This document shows positions 37,657 through 48,083 of a stretch of DNA of 64,000 nucleotides, one piece after another. Location: contig CAWJRG010000009.1 of assembly GCA_963845185.1 (NCBI GenBank), positions 832,001-896,000 of the forward strand. Direction: 5' to 3'. How positions within the stretch are numbered: the first letter of the stretch is position 1; the number at the start of each line of letters is the position of its first letter. A model generated the notes under the pieces. That model saw only the letters and a program-made list of their open reading frames with translations. It ran no database searches and was not told the origin of the DNA. The position numbers were made by a program, and so were the translations under genes. This DNA comes from an uncultured bacterium (GTDB lineage: Bacteria; Oederibacteriota; PGYV01; CAWJRG01).

Positions 37657-38946
37657 TTATTTTAAATCTTCCATTGAAATATCAAGGAGTATTTTGTCTT
37701 TAATTTCTTCAATTACAGCCGTGTCAAGCGACTGCTTTGCCGTCTCGGCGTCTGTCATGGCCTGTATTACGTCCACATTAGTCACCAGGCCGTTCTTATA
37801 ATCCTGTTGCTGCGCTTTCAGGCTCTGTGAAGCTTTCGTGTATGATTCCTTTAATGATTGCAGTATCCTTGCAGACGCGGCATAATCCCTCACCCTCGTC
37901 TTTATCTCGTATCTCACCGACGCGATTAAAGCCAGGAGTTGCTGCCGTATGGATTCGTACTGTGAAAACCCGGCAATAGAATCAAAAAACCTCGTGCCCC
38001 ATTCAAAAATCGGCCATTGAGCCGTTAGCATAGCCTGCCAGCCGTGATCGGTATAAGCCGACGTTCCAAGGTATGGTGTGCCTTCGAGTAACTTGCTCAC
38101 ATTAAGGTCCACCTGCGGAAGGAATGTCCCAAGGCCTGCCTCAATCTTTCTATTCTGTTCTTCCAGATCTACTTCTATAGCCTTTACGTCCGAGCGCGCT
38201 TCAGCCGTGGAAGTCACATTTACATCCGCCGCATGGAATTCCTGTTCCTGCTGCTGCTCAATCAAAACCAGGCCGTCCACTCCCATTACATATGCTAAAT
38301 TATCCGCCGCGTCGTCTGCAGCAGCCTTTGCCTGCTCAAGCTGAGAGGCAATCTTGGCTGCGCCTGATTGGGCAGCGTATACTTCGCTCCGCCTTGACTT
38401 GCCTAGGTTCATCCATCCTGTCAATTCACCGACACGGTCATTAAAAAGTTTTAATTCATCCTGAGTATCGTTTACAATAGTCAGCGCCTGCGCGTATCCG
38501 TAATAAGCCTGTGCCGTGCTTTGTGCAACCTGGCGCCATGTTGATTTTAACAGCATTTCCTGCCTTAATACTTCCCTGTCCAGCGCGCTCACGGTATTTA
38601 ACTTGGAAAACCCGTGAAAAACAGGCTGTTGTATGGTTAAAAAAGTTTCCCATCCGCCGTATTCAAGTTTACCGTTGCCAGGGCTCTCACCATTGCCGAG
38701 TTCATAATCATAAGCGCGCTCGTGCAAAAGCCCAACCTGGGGCAGCAAATTTCCGATTGCTGCGAGTTTTGCCATTTTTGCCTGTTTCACATTTTCGGCC
38801 TGAATTTTATAATCATAGCTGTTCTGTAAAGCTATTTCAAGGCAATCACTGAAAGAAAGGGGTTTATTATTGTCCTCTGCCAGCGCGTATAACGCCGGTA
38901 TTAAAAAAACTGCTGTAATTAAAAAAATAAGTTTTAAAATACGCAT
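37657..38946 (-). CDS. TolC-family outer membrane efflux protein
   Basis: LS..DC..IALQN, two LP.V.L motifs, QP.F.G, W..PIFEWG, Y.NG..T..DV..A. Confidence 0.88.
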   Translation of the reverse strand: MRILKLIFLITAVFLIPALYALAEDNNKPLSFSDCLEIALQNSYDYKIQAENVKQAKMAKLAAIGNLLPQVGLLHERAYDYELGNGESPGNGKLEYGGWETFLTIQQPVFHGFSKLNTVSALDREVLRQEMLLKSTWRQVAQSTAQAYYGYAQALTIVNDTQDELKLFNDRVGELTGWMNLGKSRRSEVYAAQSGAAKIASQLEQAKAAADDAADNLAYVMGVDGLVLIEQQQEQEFHAADVNVTSTAEARSDVKAIEVDLEEQNRKIEAGLGTFLPQVDLNVSKLLEGTPYLGTSAYTDHGWQAMLTAQWPIFEWGTRFFDSIAGFSQYESIRQQLLALIASVRYEIKTRVRDYAASARILQSLKESYTKASQSLKAQQQDYKNGLVTNVDVIQAMTDAETAKQSLDTAVIEEIKDKILLDISMEDLK

Positions 38947-39132
38947 TTATCTTTTACCGCCTTTGTCGCTATATGGAAATAAAATGTTTATTTTTACAAG
39001 TATAAATTTTATCACATAAACTTAAAATATGGAATAGAATGTTGGACAATTAAATTTGTATTCAATACCCTGCGCTCCGATACAAGAAGATATAATTTGT
39101 GAAGGTATAACGCACAATAAAATCTGATATTA

Positions 39133-39630
39133 TTATTTCCCTTTATCTTCTTCCTTCATAAAATTTTTGTGCTTTTCATGACTTTCTATTATTGTAATCA
39201 GCTTATCAAACTGCTCTTTTGTAAGTATCTTTTTTGTTTTGAGCATGTTATCAAGCCTTAGTTTCAGCATTTTCGAGCCTGAGGCAGATAATTTGTCTGC
39301 AAGCGAGTCGATTTTGCTTTCATCCGGATTGTCTTTCCTCATTTCATCCTTGATATCTATGGATACAAGCTCAATCTCGCTTCTTATTTTTACCGCGTCT
39401 TTTGCCGAAACGCTTTCTAAATCCTGTAGTTCTTTTATCTCCTCACTTGTCAATTTAAGCTCATCCACAAGCCCCATTACCATTTCCGGGTTTCCAATCC
39501 CAAAACCTCCCATATGCATCCCCTGTCCCATGTCTCCGGGTTTTGCCGTCCCGGGCGGCGGTGCCGCGAATGTAATTGAAGCTGTTAACAAAAACAACGC
39601 CACAATGAAATAAAACTTTTTCATGCGCAA
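39133..39630 (-). CDS. Spy/CpxP-like periplasmic protein
   Basis: Signal peptide; ELKLT.EE and ILTKEQ (LTxxQ) motifs. Confidence 0.75.
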   Translation of the reverse strand: MRMKKFYFIVALFLLTASITFAAPPPGTAKPGDMGQGMHMGGFGIGNPEMVMGLVDELKLTSEEIKELQDLESVSAKDAVKIRSEIELVSIDIKDEMRKDNPDESKIDSLADKLSASGSKMLKLRLDNMLKTKKILTKEQFDKLITIIESHEKHKNFMKEEDKGK

Positions 39631-39648
39631 ACTTACCTCCTTTTATAT

Positions 39649-40089
39649 TTAGTTGTTTATATCAATATCATCCATATAATCAGTTGCTATTATAGACGCT
39701 GAATTTGCCTCGTCCTGGCTCGAATAAATTTCATATGTGTCGTTTAGAAAATCATAAACCTGTTTTTGCCTGTTATAATTAAGTAAAAATCCGGCTATAA
39801 AAACCAGGATAATAGCCGATACCGCTGCAGATAAAACAGCGACAGGCCTTAAAAAACCAAAAATGCCGCCTTTCGCCGCACGGAGAGCCCTTTCAATGTT
39901 TCGTTTAATTGATGCCGACGGGTTTTCAATTGACTCTTTGAAAAGCCCGTTAATTTTCAATAAGGCTTTGTAATCATGCAGGCATGCTCCGCACGAATCC
40001 AGGTGCACTCTAACTGACTCCATGGTTGCAGTGTCGAGCCTGCCGCATGAAAATTCATATAAAAATTCTTTAGCTTCATTGCATTTCAT
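39649..40089 (-). CDS. Zinc-finger (HxxxCxxC) anti-sigma factor
   Basis: MKC...HLDSCGAC plus a TM helix; downstream of the ECF sigma gene. Confidence 0.85.
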   Translation of the reverse strand: MKCNEAKEFLYEFSCGRLDTATMESVRVHLDSCGACLHDYKALLKINGLFKESIENPSASIKRNIERALRAAKGGIFGFLRPVAVLSAAVSAIILVFIAGFLLNYNRQKQVYDFLNDTYEIYSSQDEANSASIIATDYMDDIDINN

Positions 40090-40100
40090 TTCAATACTCC

Positions 40101-40202
40101 TAAGATATCGTTTGTTTTGTCAAGCTTTTCTGCGCAGACAAAACATTACGAGATCTTGTACCCGCTCTAGTCCGAGGCCGCTAGGTCGAGGACAAGTGGT
40201 GC
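40101..40202 (-). repeat. Two-hairpin structured element, copy B
   Basis: Fills the sigma/anti-sigma intergenic space and ends immediately before AGGAG. Confidence 0.75.
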
Positions 40203-40663
40203 TACTTTCTTGCCGCCTTGATCATCAAACTCATTCCGCGGTTTATCCTTGATTTTACCGTTCCTTCGCTTATATTCAGCATGACAGCTATTTCTTTGTA
40301 TGATAGCCCTGTTATCTGTGAAAGTATAACAGGTATTTTCTGGTCGTCAGGCAGCAGCGATAAAAACGAATCAAGCTCAGTCGTGTCCCTCGGCCTGTAA
40401 GAAACCGGTTTGTCCACTTTATCAATTTTTCTTGTTTCAGCCGATTTTTTCCTCATCATGTCTATGCTCTCGTTGACAGCCATTCTATAAAGGTAAGTTT
40501 TTATCGAAGAATCGCCTCTGAAAGCATCCATATTATTAAAGAGCTTGATAAATACATTCTGTGTTATGTCCTCGGCGTCTTCCCTGTTGCCCATAACACG
40601 CAACGCCACGTTAAAAACATATTTGCCGTTTTCCCTGTATATTTCAATCTGGTTTTTATTCAC
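40202..40663 (-). CDS. ECF RNA polymerase sigma factor
   Basis: DAEDITQNVF, F.GDS...TYLYRMA.N, GLSYKEIA.ML.ISEGTVKSRI.RG. Confidence 0.92.
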   Translation of the reverse strand: MNKNQIEIYRENGKYVFNVALRVMGNREDAEDITQNVFIKLFNNMDAFRGDSSIKTYLYRMAVNESIDMMRKKSAETRKIDKVDKPVSYRPRDTTELDSFLSLLPDDQKIPVILSQITGLSYKEIAVMLNISEGTVKSRINRGMSLMIKAARK

Positions 40664-40676
40664 TTATTTTCACCAA

Positions 40677-40706
40677 TTAGACGTAAGTAAATGTCTTGAA
40701 AGTTCC
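40677..40706 (-). promoter_or_regulatory. ECF-type autoregulatory promoter
   Basis: GGAACT...CGTCTAA on the minus strand directly upstream of the sigma gene. Confidence 0.7.
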
Positions 40707-40736
40707 TTGTAAAACAGGTCAAAAACCTGCCGGTGC

Positions 40737-41831
40737 TTAAACATTGAACTTAAAATATACAATATCCGCGTCCTGCATTATATAATCCCTGCCCTCGCTG
40801 CGCATAAGCCCGGCTTCCTTTACCTTTAGCTCTGTCTTCAGTTCAAAAAAATCGCTGTATTTCATAATTTCCGCCTTTATAAAACCGCGCTGGATATCGG
40901 AATGTATTTCGCCTGCCGCTTCTTCGGCACTGGTGCCTTTTCTTATGGGCCATGCGCGCGACTCTTTTTCACCGCCCGTAAAAAATGTAATCAGGTTGAG
41001 CAAATGGTACGCGTGCCTTATAAAATCATCAAATCCCCTGTAATCAAACCCGAGCTCTTTTATAAATTCCTTTTTTTCCTCAGGCGTTAGGTCTGCCATT
41101 TCCGCCTCGATTTTTGCCGATATAACTGCGTGTTCTGTGTTCTGGCTTTCCGTAAATTTAATAAGCTCGGGGTTATCCTTGTCAAAACTTTGTATTTTGT
41201 CCTCGTCGGTATTAAAAACATAAAGCATTGGCTTCATTGTAAGGAACTCGTACTGTTTTATTTCTGCTCTTTCGTCCTTGGTCAATTCAAGCGTAAACCC
41301 CATTTTGCCTTTTTCAAGCCAGGTTTTTATTTTAGCGAGAACAGTAAGTTTCTTTATCGCGTCTTTGTCGTTCCCGCGCGCCATTCTCTCCAGTTTTTCA
41401 GTTATATTTGCTATATTTTCAAGGTCTGCCAGCATTAATTCTGTATTTATTGTTTCTATATCGCCCATCGGGTTTAATTTTCCGACTGACCTTGCCACGT
41501 TCGGGTCTGTAAAAACCCTCACTATCTGCGCTACTGCGTCAACCTGCCTGATGTTTGCTAGAAACTTGTTGCCTAGCCCCTCGCCCTTGCTCGCGCCTTT
41601 TACAAGCCCGGCTATATCTACAAACTTGACCGTAGCCGGCGTTCTTTTGGTGGAGCCGTTATTGTAAGCGTTAAATATAAAATCAAGCCTATCATCAGGC
41701 ACATTTACGACTCCCACGTTCGGGTCTATGGTGCAAAACTCGTAATTTGCGACCTGCGCCCCTGCTTTTGTCAGTACGTTGAATATTGTAGATTTGCCCA
41801 CATTAGGCAGGCCGACTATTCCTATTTCCAT
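40737..41831 (-). CDS. ychF: Redox-regulated ATPase YchF
   Basis: GIVGLPNVGKST, FCTIDPN, DIAGLVKGASKGEGLGNKFL, GFIKAE. Start moved to ATG 41831. Confidence 0.96.
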   Translation of the reverse strand: MEIGIVGLPNVGKSTIFNVLTKAGAQVANYEFCTIDPNVGVVNVPDDRLDFIFNAYNNGSTKRTPATVKFVDIAGLVKGASKGEGLGNKFLANIRQVDAVAQIVRVFTDPNVARSVGKLNPMGDIETINTELMLADLENIANITEKLERMARGNDKDAIKKLTVLAKIKTWLEKGKMGFTLELTKDERAEIKQYEFLTMKPMLYVFNTDEDKIQSFDKDNPELIKFTESQNTEHAVISAKIEAEMADLTPEEKKEFIKELGFDYRGFDDFIRHAYHLLNLITFFTGGEKESRAWPIRKGTSAEEAAGEIHSDIQRGFIKAEIMKYSDFFELKTELKVKEAGLMRSEGRDYIMQDADIVYFKFNV

Positions 41832-42044
41832 ATATGCTCCCTTCAATATTGTTTAACACTACCACATTTATAAATCATATTTCTCTTAATTTTATAAAAT
41901 CCCCTATTATCCCCCTTTATTAAGGGTGAATGCAAACATCCCGCCCGATGGCTTTGCCATTCTCTCCCCATTAACAAGGGGAGTTGGAATGGGTTTGCTC
42001 TTCCTATATAATTGTCAAGCCTATTGCATATTTAAGAGCTAAAC

Positions 42045-42076
42045 AAAAAAGGCCGGCGAGTTGCCGGCCTTTTTTT
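42045..42076. terminator. Bidirectional intrinsic terminator after hppA
   Basis: AAAAAAGGCCGGC-gagtt-GCCGGCCTTTTTTT. Confidence 0.85.
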
Positions 42077-42089
42077 ATATCACAAAAAT

Positions 42090-44480
42090 CTATTTCTTTG
42101 CTTTTGATACTTTCAGCGCGACCTCATCTGCTATTGCATCGACTGTTTTGTCTTCCCTCTTGGAGAAAACCAGGCCGCCGACCACTGTTCCGAGACAAGC
42201 CACCACTATAACAATAACCACCCAGTTGTATCCCGGGAAAGTTATGATTATAGGTGCGATAATAAGCGCCACAAGGTTCATGACTTTGATAAGCGGGTTT
42301 AAAGCCGGTCCCGCAGTGTCCTTAAACGGGTCTCCGACCGTGTCTCCGATAACCGATGCTTTGTGCCTTTCCGTGCCTTTTAATCCCATCCGCTCAACGG
42401 TCTTTTTTGCGTTATCCCACGCTCCGCCTGTGTTTGAAAGGTATACAGCCATAAGCTGGCCCACGAGAATAACTCCCACCAGGTATCCTGCAAGGCCTTC
42501 TGCCTTGAAAAGGAATCCGATTGCCACAGGCATCAATATTGCCAGCAGCGCAGGGCTGACAAGCTCTTTTAACGCTGCTCTTGTGCAGATATCAACGACT
42601 CTCGCAGATTCCGGTTTTGCCCTTCCGGACATAAGCCCTTTTATCTCTTTGAATTGCCTTCTGACTTCGTTAACGACAAGGAAAGCCGCCCTTCCGACTG
42701 CCCTGATTAAAATCGAGGAGAAAAGAAACGGCATGGCGCCTCCAATGAGAAGGCCGACAAAAACATTAGGCATTGATATGTCGAAAAACGAGATGCCTGT
42801 CGCCAGTTTGTATGACGAAAAAAGCGATACAGCCGCGATTACAGCCGTTGCTATTGCGAAACCTTTTGTTATTGCTTTTGTAGAGTTCCCTACTGCGTCA
42901 AGCTCATCAAGCACCTTCCTGCCCTTGTCCGACAGTTTCGCCATTTCGCCTATGCCCTGGGCGTTATCTGAAACCGGCCCGTAAGTATCCTCGGAAACAA
43001 TGATGCCTGTTACGGTCAACATGCCAAGTCCTATAAGCGAAACTCCGTAAAGAATCTGCTCGACAATAACAGCCCCGTTTCCTATTGGCGCAAGCGTAAA
43101 AATCAGTATTGAAGTGGCTATCGCAGCCGCTATTGAAATTATTGCCCAAACCGAGCTTTCCATTCCTTCAGCCGTACCGGCAAGGATTGTAGTTGCAGGC
43201 CCGGTGAGCGTTGCCTTGACTATTTCTTTTACAGGTTTGTCTTCTGTTGTGGTGAAATGTTCTGTCAATTTTGATATAAGGAACGAAAGGAAAATACCTA
43301 CCGTGGTAATACCAAAAAGCTTCCATCCAAGGATAGTCGCCGCGTTTGCGGGCACTCCTGTAAATTTATCAGCGCTTTCCGATATGTATTTGCCTATTGC
43401 AGGCACAAGGTAATAGGCTGTCGCTATTGCAAAGCCTATTATCGAAATTATCGACGCCACAAAAAATCCTCTCTGTATAGGCTTCATTGCGTGCTCTTCT
43501 TCCGACCTTGACCTTACCATGTATGTGCCGATTATTGACGCTACGACTCCAATGGCACGTACAAAAAGCGGGAAAATAACCCCGAGGTTCCCGAAAACCG
43601 TCGCGCCGAGAATCATGGCCGCGACAAGCGTTACCTCGTATGACTCGAATATGTCTGCTGCCATACCTGCACAGTCGCCTACATTATCGCCCACGTTATC
43701 CGCGATTGTGGCCGCGTTGCGCGGGTCGTCTTCCGGTATATTTTTTTCCACTTTGCCTACAAGGTCAGCCCCGACATCCGCTGCCTTTGTGTATATTCCG
43801 CCGCCTACCCTCATAAATAGCGCGAGCAGGCATCCGCCGAACCCGAAGCCTATCAGTATGTCTGAAATCGCGCTCGGTACCTTCTGAAATATTAAAAATA
43901 TTGACGTTGCGCCCAGCAATCCGAGGCCAATTGTAAACATGCCTGCGATTGTTCCTGTCCTGAAAGCCAGCGTCAGCGAATCTTTTTTGCCTGTTTCAAC
44001 AGCCGCGGCTGCCACGCGCACATTGCCGGCAACTGCAAGGGTCATGCCTATCATGCCTGTCAGGGCAGACGCAAGCGCGCCCAGTAAAAAAGCTATTGCC
44101 CTGCCGAATTTAATCATGTTAATCTGCGCAGGCGTAATAAGCTGGCCGTCGGAATTAAGCATCCTCGTGTCGACTTTTGTGGTGAAAAACAATACCACCA
44201 TCAGTACAACCACCAGGACTGCGATGGTTTTAAACTGCCTGGCGAGATAGGCTTTTGCGCCCTTTGATATCTCGTCGTTGATTGCAATCATTGTCTTGGT
44301 GCCTTTGCTCTTGGAAAGTATTTCAAACATAAGATAAACTCCGTAAAGCAGGGCCACAATAGCCATGCCCCATACAGACCACAGTGCAATCGTCTCAAAG
44401 TTGGACAGCGGCGCGAGCTTGATGTGCTCGGCTACTTTTTGTGCAACCTGAGGTACTGCTTGTGCCACAGTTTCATTCAT
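42090..44480 (-). CDS. hppA: Membrane cation-translocating pyrophosphatase (GNSTKA signature suggests the K+-independent H+-PPase type)
   Basis: GGGIYTKAADVGADLVGKVE, DNVGDNVGD, GGAWDNAKK, GDTVGDPFKDT. Confidence 0.95.
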   Translation of the reverse strand: MNETVAQAVPQVAQKVAEHIKLAPLSNFETIALWSVWGMAIVALLYGVYLMFEILSKSKGTKTMIAINDEISKGAKAYLARQFKTIAVLVVVLMVVLFFTTKVDTRMLNSDGQLITPAQINMIKFGRAIAFLLGALASALTGMIGMTLAVAGNVRVAAAAVETGKKDSLTLAFRTGTIAGMFTIGLGLLGATSIFLIFQKVPSAISDILIGFGFGGCLLALFMRVGGGIYTKAADVGADLVGKVEKNIPEDDPRNAATIADNVGDNVGDCAGMAADIFESYEVTLVAAMILGATVFGNLGVIFPLFVRAIGVVASIIGTYMVRSRSEEEHAMKPIQRGFFVASIISIIGFAIATAYYLVPAIGKYISESADKFTGVPANAATILGWKLFGITTVGIFLSFLISKLTEHFTTTEDKPVKEIVKATLTGPATTILAGTAEGMESSVWAIISIAAAIATSILIFTLAPIGNGAVIVEQILYGVSLIGLGMLTVTGIIVSEDTYGPVSDNAQGIGEMAKLSDKGRKVLDELDAVGNSTKAITKGFAIATAVIAAVSLFSSYKLATGISFFDISMPNVFVGLLIGGAMPFLFSSILIRAVGRAAFLVVNEVRRQFKEIKGLMSGRAKPESARVVDICTRAALKELVSPALLAILMPVAIGFLFKAEGLAGYLVGVILVGQLMAVYLSNTGGAWDNAKKTVERMGLKGTERHKASVIGDTVGDPFKDTAGPALNPLIKVMNLVALIIAPIIITFPGYNWVVIVIVVACLGTVVGGLVFSKREDKTVDAIADEVALKVSKAKK

Positions 44481-44633
44481 TCTGCTTACCTCCTGTTATT
44501 GGGATTTGAGTATTTTGGTAAAAAATTTCCACCATTTTTGCATATTTATCCGGGTTTGTAAAGTTTTTTTTGGATGTAAATTATCAAAGGTAAAATTATT
44601 CCCCTTTTTCAAAAATATTGCGTTTTGCGTCTT

Positions 44634-46130
44634 TTAATTTACGCTTTCCACCAGCACTGCCCTGAAGTGAAAGCCGTAAATGGAAAGTGTCATGGCGTCA
44701 ACCATTAAATTAGGTTTCCTGAAGAGTGTCCAGAAAAACATTTGCCAGAAATAAAATTTTCCCTCGCCCTTTATCCCGAGTTTCCAAATTGACTTGGCCG
44801 AAGCCTGAATCCAAAGCTTAAAATTAAGCTTCCTTACTTTTGCCGTACCCTTATATTCTTTTAAAAAAATAATTATTCTTTTGTAATAATTCTTTGGCGC
44901 GAAAATAGTATTCAAAATATGTTTATACCCCTCAATCAGCTTTTCTTTATTCATCTTGGGAATGAAATTCATGGTAAAATCCGTATTGTCTCCTGTCGTC
45001 CTTTTTATTATCCTGCCCGCCTCCTGCAGCCTTTTATACAGCGATGTCTCAGGCAGCGCTGTAAGTATGCCCACCATTGCCGTCACAATCCCGCTCTTTT
45101 GTATGAATTTAACCATGTTATCAAAAGTCTTTGACGTGTCAGTGTCAAAACCAACTATGAACCCTGCCTGCACCTGCAGCCCGTTTCTCTGCAGCACTTT
45201 TACTTTTTCCACCATATCCTTTTTGGTGTTCTGCAGCTTTCCGCAGGATTTCAGCGCCTCTTCGTCCGGTGTTTCAATGCCGACAAAAACCGAGTTAAAA
45301 TTCGCTTTTCTCATGAGCTCCATAAGCTCGTCGTCATCCGCAAGGTTTATGGATGCTTCAGTGTATAAAGTAAACGGGTATCTTTTGTTTTTCATCCATA
45401 CGATAATCTCATTTAATATATCTTTAACTTTTGCCCTGTTGCCTATGAAATTATCATCCACCACAAATAAGCTTCCTCGCCAGCCAGTAGAATACATAGC
45501 GTCAAATTCCCTTATTATCTGGCCTGGTTCCTTTACCCTGGGAACCCTGCCGTTCATTATGATGATATCACAGAAATCGCAGTTAAACGGGCATCCCCTT
45601 GAAATCTGTATGCAGAGCGACACGTATTCTTTTACGTTTATCAGCGACCAGTCAGGCACGGGTGTTTTTGAAATATCGGGTTTTTCATTGGAAAAATACA
45701 TTGGCTTTATGCTGCCGGACTTCAAATCACTGAGGAACATCGGTATTGTAACCTCGCCCTCGTTCAGCACAAAAGTATCTACGTTGTAAAAATCAGTGTG
45801 CGCGCCTGTAAAAAGCGGCCCGCCTGCCACGACAAACTTGCCGAATGATTTAGCCTTGTTTATCGCTTCCTGCGCTGACTTTTTCTGGACAATCATGCCG
45901 CTCACAAAAACATAATCCGCCCATTTTAAATCCTCATCTTTCAGTTTGTGCGCATTCATGTCAACAAGCCTTTTTTCCCACTCAGGCGGCAGCAAAGCAG
46001 ACACCGTTAACAAACCAAGCGGCGGTACGCCTGCCTTTTTGCTCACAAATGGCAAAGCGTATTTAAAACTCCAGAATGTTGCCGGATATTCCGGATATAC
46101 AAGCAAAATTTTCATCATTAAACTCCTCAA
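44634..46130 (-). CDS. B12-binding radical SAM protein (DUF4070-like C-terminus)
   Basis: PPLGLLTV, VAGGP, SRGCPFNCDFC, VDDNFIGN, GFIVGFD. Confidence 0.9.
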   Translation of the reverse strand: MRSLMMKILLVYPEYPATFWSFKYALPFVSKKAGVPPLGLLTVSALLPPEWEKRLVDMNAHKLKDEDLKWADYVFVSGMIVQKKSAQEAINKAKSFGKFVVAGGPLFTGAHTDFYNVDTFVLNEGEVTIPMFLSDLKSGSIKPMYFSNEKPDISKTPVPDWSLINVKEYVSLCIQISRGCPFNCDFCDIIIMNGRVPRVKEPGQIIREFDAMYSTGWRGSLFVVDDNFIGNRAKVKDILNEIIVWMKNKRYPFTLYTEASINLADDDELMELMRKANFNSVFVGIETPDEEALKSCGKLQNTKKDMVEKVKVLQRNGLQVQAGFIVGFDTDTSKTFDNMVKFIQKSGIVTAMVGILTALPETSLYKRLQEAGRIIKRTTGDNTDFTMNFIPKMNKEKLIEGYKHILNTIFAPKNYYKRIIIFLKEYKGTAKVRKLNFKLWIQASAKSIWKLGIKGEGKFYFWQMFFWTLFRKPNLMVDAMTLSIYGFHFRAVLVESVN

Positions 46131-46369
46131 ATTAGCGTTTGTTTTGGATTTTTTTTATTGGAAGAATCAGTGTTCTTAGAATAAAGTTCTTTAATCCGTA
46201 TTTCTGGTATTACTATACGCTTTAAAGCACAAATAGTCAAGGATTTTGGCGGCGAATGGCTTTGTTTTTTCCTCCCCCTTAACAATGGGAAACGAGGGGG
46301 TTTTGTTAGCAAAAGTAAAGTTTCTGCTGAATAGGTAATATGTTCTAGTTTTTAAAGATTTAGAAAGCT

Positions 46370-47014
46370 TTATGGGACGACAGGCGTAGGTGTTGCGGTG
46401 CTTACTGAATACAATACTGGTGAGGATGCAGGCGTCGGCGCAAAAGGCCCTATAGTTGTGGTGGTTGTCCCTGTACAATTGTCCACAAATATATACTTAC
46501 CAACAATAGGTAAATTAGTTTTATTCATAACATACCATCCAGTAACAGGTTGCATTATGGCAAAACATGTTGGTTCGCCAGGGCACCATGAATTAGTTGT
46601 TGTAATATTTATATACACATTATTACAATCGGTTGTTATATTGGTCAATCCCCTCGCATCAGACATGCAACCTCCGGTTATCATAACGCCTATGATAATT
46701 TGTTTATTAAAATCCACAGGAACAGGGGTCGGCGTTGGAGAACCTGCAGGAGCATAACCTGTATAATTTGCCAGATAAAATGCTTCTGTTGTAATAATAT
46801 AATCTCCAGCAGGTAAAGCAAGACCAGAAACAGTACCATAATTCAGGCTGCTATAATTTACATTACCCGGTACGCACGTTGTAGGAGTGAAAACAGGCGT
46901 AGATGTTGGAACAGGTACAGGCGCTATTACCGTGCTGGAAGGCCTATTGCAATTTGAAATAAAGATAATCATTAAAATCAGTATTAATACTGTTATCGCA
47001 CTTTGTTTTTTCAT
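46370..47014 (-). CDS. Hypothetical lipoprotein (possible PrcB-C-like domain)
   Basis: ISNC lipobox, Pro/Thr linkers, VDFNKQIIIGV. Confidence 0.65.
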   Translation of the reverse strand: MKKQSAITVLILILMIIFISNCNRPSSTVIAPVPVPTSTPVFTPTTCVPGNVNYSSLNYGTVSGLALPAGDYIITTEAFYLANYTGYAPAGSPTPTPVPVDFNKQIIIGVMITGGCMSDARGLTNITTDCNNVYINITTTNSWCPGEPTCFAIMQPVTGWYVMNKTNLPIVGKYIFVDNCTGTTTTTIGPFAPTPASSPVLYSVSTATPTPVVP

Positions 47015-47139
47015 GTTTTAAACACTTCCTATTTTATATATTATACCACATTTATCCTATGTTTGTTAGACAATTTATATGTATAAAAGTTCTGTTAAAT
47101 CGACTATGCTTTTATTACGGTTTGTCCTAATCTACCTAA

Positions 47140-47177
47140 CAAAAAAGCCCCAAACGCTTAAACCTCGGGGCTTTTTT
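47140..47177. terminator. Intrinsic terminator
   Basis: AAAAAAGCCCC...GGGGCTTTTTT. Confidence 0.75.
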
Positions 47178-47219
47178 ATGAAAGCAAATATATTTCAACT
47201 CTAAAACATTGCTTATTGT

Positions 47220-47906
47220 TTATGGCGTGTTAATAATGATTTGCCCGTCCGCTCCATTACCACCTGAATAATTGCAATTGTAACCACTACCTCCGGCACC
47301 AACAGTCACATTGTAAATATGTCCTGACGTAACACTGATTTGGATTTGACCATATCCACCACCACCACCACCGCCGCCGCCATTAGAAGACGTATTGTAA
47401 CCGCCTGCACCACCACCTCCGCCACCAGGTGCTGTGCCGTTAGTCCCATTATAACCAGCAACGCCACCAATACCTCCTGCTCCGCCATTGTTAGCACCGG
47501 CACCACCATTGCCACCTGTTGAACCATTATAGGGCATTCCGCTTCCACCAGTTATATTACCACTGCTTCCAACACCGCCGGAACCACCACAACAGTTACC
47601 ACTAGATGCCGTAATTATAGCAGTACCAGTACTGGCATCATTAAATGAAGAGGTATTTCCATTACTATAACCTCCAGCACAAGCACCACCGCCACCACCT
47701 GCACCCCAGATTTGTATTGTGATGCTGTTTATATTATTTGGCACAGTAAATTGATAAGTGCCCGACGCTGTGTAAGAACCAAGATTTCCTTGAATTTGAG
47801 TAGGCACTGCTGTAGGCTTAGAAGAAGAAGTACTATTTGTAAGTTTACACCCATTCAGAATTAAAATTGCTGTAAAAACTAATACCGGAACTAAAACCTT
47901 TTTCAT
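47220..47906 (-). CDS. Glycine-rich domain lipoprotein
   Basis: LNGC lipobox; FTVP...WGAGGGGG...VTVGAGG...GADG.III. Start moved to ATG 47906. Confidence 0.8.
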   Translation of the reverse strand: MKKVLVPVLVFTAILILNGCKLTNSTSSSKPTAVPTQIQGNLGSYTASGTYQFTVPNNINSITIQIWGAGGGGGACAGGYSNGNTSSFNDASTGTAIITASSGNCCGGSGGVGSSGNITGGSGMPYNGSTGGNGGAGANNGGAGGIGGVAGYNGTNGTAPGGGGGGAGGYNTSSNGGGGGGGGGYGQIQISVTSGHIYNVTVGAGGSGYNCNYSGGNGADGQIIINTP

Positions 47907-48083
47907 AAACTTTTCCTCCTTTTTTATTAGTTTTAATACCATTTATTTCCTAAATTTTTATGTTGAAATTATACTTTATTCTATTATATTTGTTAAGTAT
48001 TTTGTTTGGTTTTTTGATTCTTTTAAATAATCCAAATTAGGGTAATAAACAGAAGGCAAAGCAATATTAAGCTAATGTTAGAT